A stretch of DNA of 64,000 nt from Chrysomallon squamiferum (lineage: Eukaryota; Animalia; Mollusca), in the NCBI GenBank assembly GCA_012295275.1, contig CM022670.1, positions 18,166,001 to 18,230,000 of the forward strand, in the 5' to 3' direction. A model generated the notes under the pieces. That model had not been told where the DNA came from. It did no database searches and saw only the letters and a list, made by a program, of their open reading frames with translations. A program made the translations under genes and the position numbers. Each line of letters starts with the position of its first letter. The first letter of the stretch is position 1. Shown piece after piece: positions 56,620 through 64,000 of the stretch.

Positions 56620-57540
56620 ATGTATTTATGTATGTATGTATGTATGTATGTATGTATGTATCTATACGTATTTATTTATTTCAGGAAGAATTTCCTTTTA
56701 CATTGTTGAAATAATATCTCCATTCTACGTTTACATATGATATACGTTTCAAAATATATTTTTTTATCCTTTTTTGTTGTTGTTGTTGTTGTTATTGTTT
56801 TTTACCCGTAAACGTACGGGAAGGATCAAAAATAATAATAAATATTCTTCTTTTATTTTAACTAATTTTGTGATTTCTTTTTTTTTGACAGCTTCGTGAC
56901 GCGGTGGTCATCAGTCGCATTGTATCAAGATTATTTTTAGCGATGACGAAAAGAACTGGTCGACGGAATCGTCTTTCATTAGATATGTGATGTTCTTGTT
57001 GTTTCTGCTACTGCTGTTGTCATCATCGTCGTTGTCGTTGTTGTTGTTGTTATCATCCTCATCCTCGTCAACTTCATTTTTATATATACACACACACAGA
57101 CAAACACTGTATGTATGTATATATGTATGTATGCATGTGTATATTTGTATGTATGTATGCATGTGTATATTTGTATGTATGTATGTATGTATAAAATGAT
57201 ATATAGACATACATATTATCATTTAAAATTAACTTATTATAACATTTGAAAACACGATATCGTTTGTTTTGGGGTTTTCCTTAAATAATGTTGATAAATC
57301 TTTAATAAGTGGCTATATTGCTAATGTTATGTATAATATAATATCTTCAATTTATATATATATAGTTTTACAATATCAAGAAATATTTTATGCCAAATAT
57401 GATTTAAATTTTATATATTTTCTCATCTTAGAATCTCTAGGCTAGATGATAATATAGTTTTATATTAGTACTGTAAAAATATATTATGTCATTTAATTTT
57501 TAAACAAATAAATAAATGCTATGTCCAGTGTCTCAATAAG
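56620..57540 (+). repeat. Partner of the 45413-46292 duplicated segment
   Basis: Direct sequence comparison shows colinear similarity over ~900 bp. Confidence 0.88.
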
Positions 57541-58106
57541 TATTTCTGATCTTATACCTAAAGACAAAAAGAACTGAAGGATTAACCTTTTGGACAAAAC
57601 CTTGTATTTTTTACAATAAGGACAACAGTTAAATCAGTACTAAAGGTTTTTTGGTTTTTTCCAGCAATAATGGGAAAGATGTTAGGATCATGTATCTACT
57701 CATCGTCAGATATGTTAACCTAACTGGTGCTGCTATTAAAAAAAGAAGTAATCTCTAACTTTCTCCTTTACAAGCGCATAACAGCACTTGTGCACTGTAG
57801 ACCCCCCCCCATGCGTTCGTCTGCTCTGCACGAAACAGCGCCAGCCTCTTGCAATAAACAACGAGGAACTAAGCGCTTCGAGCTGCGTAACTCTTTTAAT
57901 AAAGCTTTCCTAGCAAAATCTTTAATGAAAGAAACAGATATATTTCTTAAAATTATGTCCGCCATCCTGCATTCTGAGATCAGATACAGAAATTTCTTCG
58001 GAAGCATTTTTCCTGTCGTTTTATGCATGCTTGAACATGAAAACATTCTGAAAACTACTACCAATAATCGCAGTATGCCATCACACAAACACACACACAC
58101 ACACAC

Positions 58107-58146
<40 letters not shown>

Positions 58147-58660
58147 CCAAGCAATAATAAAATAAAAATTAAATTAAAAAATGTACTCAATATTGCAGAA
58201 CCATAAACTCGTGACAGTTGTAAGGAATCGTTAAAGCGTGGCATCACAAACTGAGTTTTTGTTCAATCTATTTTTCATCAGTGACACAAACCGCTGTGAA
58301 CATGAACTTCAGTGGGTGTTGATACGTTTACGACAATACGGAGATTAAACCTGTGTCTTTATCTGCATTCGAAATCTGCACACAGATAACCTGAAACAGT
58401 CATCGATGAATCGCAACACTAACGAAGCATTAAAAGGAAAAATAAAAACAAAATGAACAAAGTGATAATTAAATTTGACATTGTTAAGCTACCTGAATAG
58501 CACCCAGGGACACAGATTGGATGGATCCGCCTTACAGTCTCCAATTTGTTTGTTTCCCAACACATATTTATCTATCTATTTATTTATTTATTTTTTTTTT
58601 TTTTTTTTTTTTAATTTAATTTTCAATTTCTATTTTCTAATTCTTTAATTTTTTTTATAT

Positions 58661-58726
<66 letters not shown>

Positions 58727-61448
58727 GTATAACAAAAATTATTTAATTTTGAAAGTTATAACCGTTACAGTGATGGTAACGCCTTTTCTTGAACCCTTCA
58801 TGCGCCACTATGGTGTTTTAAAAAATTCTCTATTGTTGATAAAATTCAGTCTTGAATACATTATACAATAACTTTGTTTCGTTATGTATCAGGCATGTCT
58901 ATCTATTTATAATCTAAAGTTAAAAGAGATTAATAATAAAATTAATTAAGGTTTGTAATATCCTGAATGGTAGTCTTTGCATGCTTTCAAAACATTTTTC
59001 ATTCGCTATAGACAATCAGTGATGCGTTGACTGAAACGGGATATTGTTATATGTTTCACAGGAATGGACTGATTGACCTATAATTATATAAGATAATTAT
59101 AAACTAAAACCTGTGTATGACCTGGAAAAAGATATATTAAAGAATTGTTTTATCATTGCCAGTTTAGATAAATTAAAATATGACATGATTCAAAACGTCT
59201 AGGAAAAACATTTTGTTTCTGTTTACAGATAACGCCCTTGTAATAGGATCTATTTTACAAACACAGGTATAACAAAACAGCGATAGTCATATTTATTTCA
59301 AAGATCTTTACTCAAAAATTAATACCGTGGAAGTGAAGAAGATAGGCGTTCATTGGGTGGGCGGCTGTGAAAAAAAGAAACAAAGAAACAAAACAAAGAA
59401 GCTATCTGTGCCTAAAAATAGACAGCAAATTTGGAAAATAGTATTTACATGTGATATTGCTTTCCTATAATAACAGAGATAATTTTTCAGTTTCCCAAAA
59501 AATTATATATGCATGTGTGTGTATCTATAACAAAAGAAAACCGACAGATACATTTGGCTAAACGTACACTTTAAAAAATATAATTAATTATATAAAAAAA
59601 TAGCAATTAAGAATAATAATAATAATAATATTAATATAAAAAAATAAATTAAAAAATAAATATATGTATATATTACCTTAAAAATATCATATACCATTTT
59701 GTAATATGACGTTTAACATTATGGATTAAATAATACTTCGCCAAATCTGAAAGGAGTGTTTGTTCCAGTCGCTTAAACCACATTATGTTCCAGTTATTTC
59801 CACCACAAATCACAGAGCTCCGACGAGACTGAGTAAACTGGGGTCAAAGCAAAGTGTACGTAATTGGATTCTGGATATAGAAGGAACGAACCATCAAAGT
59901 GAGTGTTTGTACTATAGGTATGTGCACACACAACCACACACGCACGTACGCACTCACACACGCACGCACTCACTCACACACACAGACACACAGTCATCTA
60001 TTTCTACAATTACTATTTTTGTTACTGTTAATGAAATTCTGCTATTACGACTATTGTTAATGAAATTCTGTTATTACTATTGTCACTACTGATAATACAA
60101 TTACTAATACTACTACTACTAATAAAAAAGATATTACTTCAATCGTTTCAATTCTATTAGTATTTTCACTACCTTCATATCATTAACACGATTCCTACAC
60201 TACCACTAGTACTGCTTCTGCTATTAAAAACTGTTATAACTATTTCTTCTTTACATAGTACTAGTACCATCACTATCATTACTATTACTACTACTACTAT
60301 TACTACTGTTAGTACTATAACTACAACTACTGCCACTACTACCATCAGTGCTACTAATATTTCTTTTACAATTATTACTGCAATACACTAATTCTAGTGA
60401 TTAATTAGTGAAGTTTTAATTCTGAAACAGAAAACCATTACAAAGATTTCGGTGTTGCGACCAAAAACATTCAATTATTTTTGTACCGACTGTTTGATTT
60501 GGTCAAATAAATTGCGACTAAGAAATATAGTATTATATTAAATATATATATACAGCATGTTAAACAGCATTGAAAAAAAATATATATATATTTTATTGCC
60601 AGTCATGTTTACATTGCGACATTTTTATAAACATTACTATATTTATAATAAAAATTTCGGTGGATATGCGAAATATAACTTTTTAAATAGAATTATCTTT
60701 AAACAAACCAAAAACAAAACAAAAAAAACCCCCAAAACATACACCTAACAAACATATAAAAATCCCCAGCAATTTCCGTTTTCATTTATCTGTTATGTTA
60801 CTATATAACAACCTCTATATTAACAGCACTTTCCACTAAAAATCAAGGCTTGTGTACATATTTATTTTCACTTCAATCCTAGCTCTGTAAACTAATATAC
60901 CCTTGACGGTTTTGAGTTCTTTTCAACACTGGCCAGTTCTTTCATGTTTGCTCACAAAGAACAACATATATATTAAACTTTTATCGGCACTAAGTGTGCA
61001 TACAACGAATACCAATACGCAGCTTTACCCTCGGGTCTGAAAGGTTTATGTTTTAATTGCGTGTTTGTACATACAGAAATGGCCATAAAGCGACCGCGAG
61101 CACCGAATTAAAGGGCCGCAATTATGTCTAGCATACGCCGATGAATATAGCCGAAAAATTAGTCCCAAGATAGAATCGGTTACGGTTTTTTCTGTGTATT
61201 TATTGAAGGGTAAGTTGATAAGGGTAAAATATGCATGAAATTATTATTCGCTATTTTATTTATTATAATTTATAAAAAAAAAAATATAAAAAAAAAAAAG
61301 AGAGAAAAAAACCGGTTTTCGGTTTAGAAGCTGCTTTGAGGTTATCATTTGTAAATTGTTAGTACATATGTACCTGAGACTGTGTCTGCTGGTAAGTATA
61401 CTCTATACGTTGACAGCATGATTATTATTTTTTTTTTATTATTATTAA

Positions 61449-61505
<57 letters not shown>

Positions 61506-61863
61506 TTATATATTATTTATTTGTTTATTTATTTTAAGTTATGCTATTCCTGCATATTTTTTTTTTTTTCTGATATTTTTCTCAAATTCTTTCTAGCTAT
61601 GTCTATAATGTAACTGCTTGCTTGATTGTGTAAGTGTATATATTTTTATCTGTTTGTCTGATTTTCTGTTTTTGTTTGTCTGTCTTTCTATTTGTCAGTC
61701 TAATTTACATAATACTTTGAATGATAAATAAGCCTTTCTGTTTTAATGTAAACTGGCATTTAAAATACAATGAAATTGTAACATTGTTTTTACCTAAATA
61801 AATAATTAGCAGCAGCAGTAATAATAGTAGTAGTAGCATTACTTCTGGTTGTAGACGTAGTAA

Positions 61864-61907
<44 letters not shown>

Positions 61908-64000
61908 TTGGTAGCAGGAATGGTGGTAGTAGCAGGAGTAGTAACTGTAGTAGCAGCTGCAATAATAACAGCAGCAGTAGCAACAAAAATAATCTAATTA
62001 GATTAAGAAGGTAAATAAATGTATTTCATTATGTTATATTATAATATTTCAAAAAGACGTATTCATTATAACATGCTTTCATTTTAAGTAAGATACAATT
62101 ATACATTGGTGAGAGAACAGACAATAGAAATGAGGAGAAAGAAAGATACCTAAACGCTTCAAATATGATCTTAAAACATAATGTGTTTGTGTGTATGTGT
62201 ATTTGTAATAATGTATATAAGTGTGTGTACATGTGTGTGGATATCATGGATAACTAGTGCTCTGTACATACGTTTAATTGCCATTAAGTTTATATTGTTG
62301 TGCCACAACAAATTCATTCATGCAGTACCGAAAACAAACATACCCAGTCTATATAAAGCAACTTCTCTGTTATCTTAAAGTTTTCTAATCTGATCTTAAA
62401 ATAATGTTACTATAAACAGTCTCTCGCGCTTCAGTTTTTTTCTGTCCTTAATCTATAATGCCATGCAACTTTTTTTTTTAGCGTTGGCAAACAGTCAAAT
62501 AAAACTCATTTATCCATGCATGGGAAGAATTTAACAAGCACTCGTGTTTATCTGCCCTGTAGATTTTCTTTGGCCATTGTTAGCAATAGATAAAGCTCTC
62601 GATCTGCGGAATGAATGTTGTATTATTTAAGTCTTAAGCAATAAAAACAGGTACAAGAAGAATTATAAAGCGCTGGAGTTTGTATTAACAGTTGGGCCGC
62701 TGTGACAATGTATGGGATCACGGAGGTGCCAATGCTTCAGTTTATCCTGTGACATATTGAACGCCTTCGCCGGTCAATCTGCCAAGTATTGACAGCTGTG
62801 ATAGACAGTTTAGGGTGGAAAGAGAAACAGTTATAGTGTCTCTGTCTCTCCTCCTTCAGTTTGATGGCCTGTCTCACTGTCTTTTTGACTATCTATCTGT
62901 CCTTATGTCTGTCTCTCTCTGTTGTCTATCTGCCTATCTATCTATTTATCTATCTATATACACATATACATAAACATATAAACACATGCACACCATAAAA
63001 ACACACACACACGCCTCCAGTCATAGAAATACTGTTAAGGTACTTCATTGGTAACACATTAACTAGAACACTCGGTAAAAGGTCAAAAACCACAAAATGA
63101 GTAATTCTCACACCCCTTATATCTGAATGCAGAACCACCAGCGGCGTTCACATAAACAGTAAAGGAACAATAAAAAGTTGTTTACCGAAATTACTAAGCG
63201 TTAATAAAACTTTCTAGCCTTCTTTGTAAGAAGATATTATATTTGTTGCCTCTGATATATAGTTTTGTCTACCTATTGTATAAATCGTTAAAAAGAAAAA
63301 AATATATATACAATAAATTATTTCTTTTCGCATATAAACAGTTATAGACATTAATCGCCAGGGTGCTCGGAATATCCTCTAAGTTATTTCCACATACGCT
63401 TGAAAAAAAAAAAAAAAAAAAAAAAAAGCATAATGAGGGAGAAATATTTATTATTTTTTTTCCAGTTTTTATTTTAATTTTATTACAAGGTTGAAAAAAG
63501 GAACTATTTTTTTATGTTTTTTTTTTTTTAATTATATATGTATATATATGTATATTTATTTTTAACAGGTGATCTATACGTAGCTGTCATTAAGAACTTA
63601 TGCATCTTGAAAAAACAATTACATTTTTACAAGTTTTGCGACTCAAACTGACCTCCTTCGACCTGTTACCGTTTGCGGAACAATGCCATCGAATAACCCG
63701 AAAATAAGTGACTTTGGCAAGCATAGCAACGCAAAACCCCGCCTACTTGGAGAAGTGAAAGCGGAATCTGTTTGTTTTGACTTTCTGAACGACAATAATC
63801 CTTTAATAGTGGGTGCATTTCAAACCGCAGGCGAGTTCGACAAGCGTCAGCTTATTATGAATAAGCTTCATGAAAACTTAATAACCACAGCTCTCATCGC
63901 GGACGTGTCGAATGCTAATATTAATGCTCACCAGCCGACGAAAAAGAACAGCAATGCAACGAGTCCTGCTCTGGGTTCGAGTTTCTCGGCTGTGCATTTA

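Noticed and set aside
57727-58247. Overlapping 159-aa ORFs on both strands
   Set aside because: Both run through a (CA)n repeat and show no recognisable domain or clear splice sites. More likely non-coding, possibly regulatory, DNA.
63800-64000. tRNA/SINE suggested by GGTTCGA-like B-box motifs
   Set aside because: No cloverleaf stems or properly spaced A-box could be found.

Overview
AT-rich, microsatellite-rich animal genomic DNA, probably an invertebrate such as a mollusc or other lophotrochozoan (inferred from composition and gene content). Genes were reconstructed by hand from GT-AG splice sites and frame continuity. They are: (1) the 3' part (TM3 to C-terminus, 4 exons) of an orexin/allatotropin-type GPCR (+); (2) a 16-exon, ~1226-aa secreted protein with signal peptide, LDLa and ~29 EGF repeats (-); (3) ATPAF1/ATP11 (+); (4) PITHD1 (-); (5) a ~15-kb tandem array (36.4-51.5 kb, -) of six copies of a two-exon, 100-119-aa gene made only of the ZAR1-type C-terminal zinc-binding (3CxxC) domain. 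In the array, two copies are intact, two are frameshifted or garbled and two are older pseudogenes. They are interleaved with 5'-truncated pseudogene copies of an intact 245-aa orphan gene (50740-51477). The two intact ZAR1-like copies differ almost only at amino-acid-changing positions while their intron is nearly identical, which suggests diversifying selection. This array is the best candidate for an undescribed system. Three MITE-like DNA elements, a local segmental duplication and a probable assembly-consensus artefact are also visible. No convincing protein-coding gene was found in 52-64 kb.
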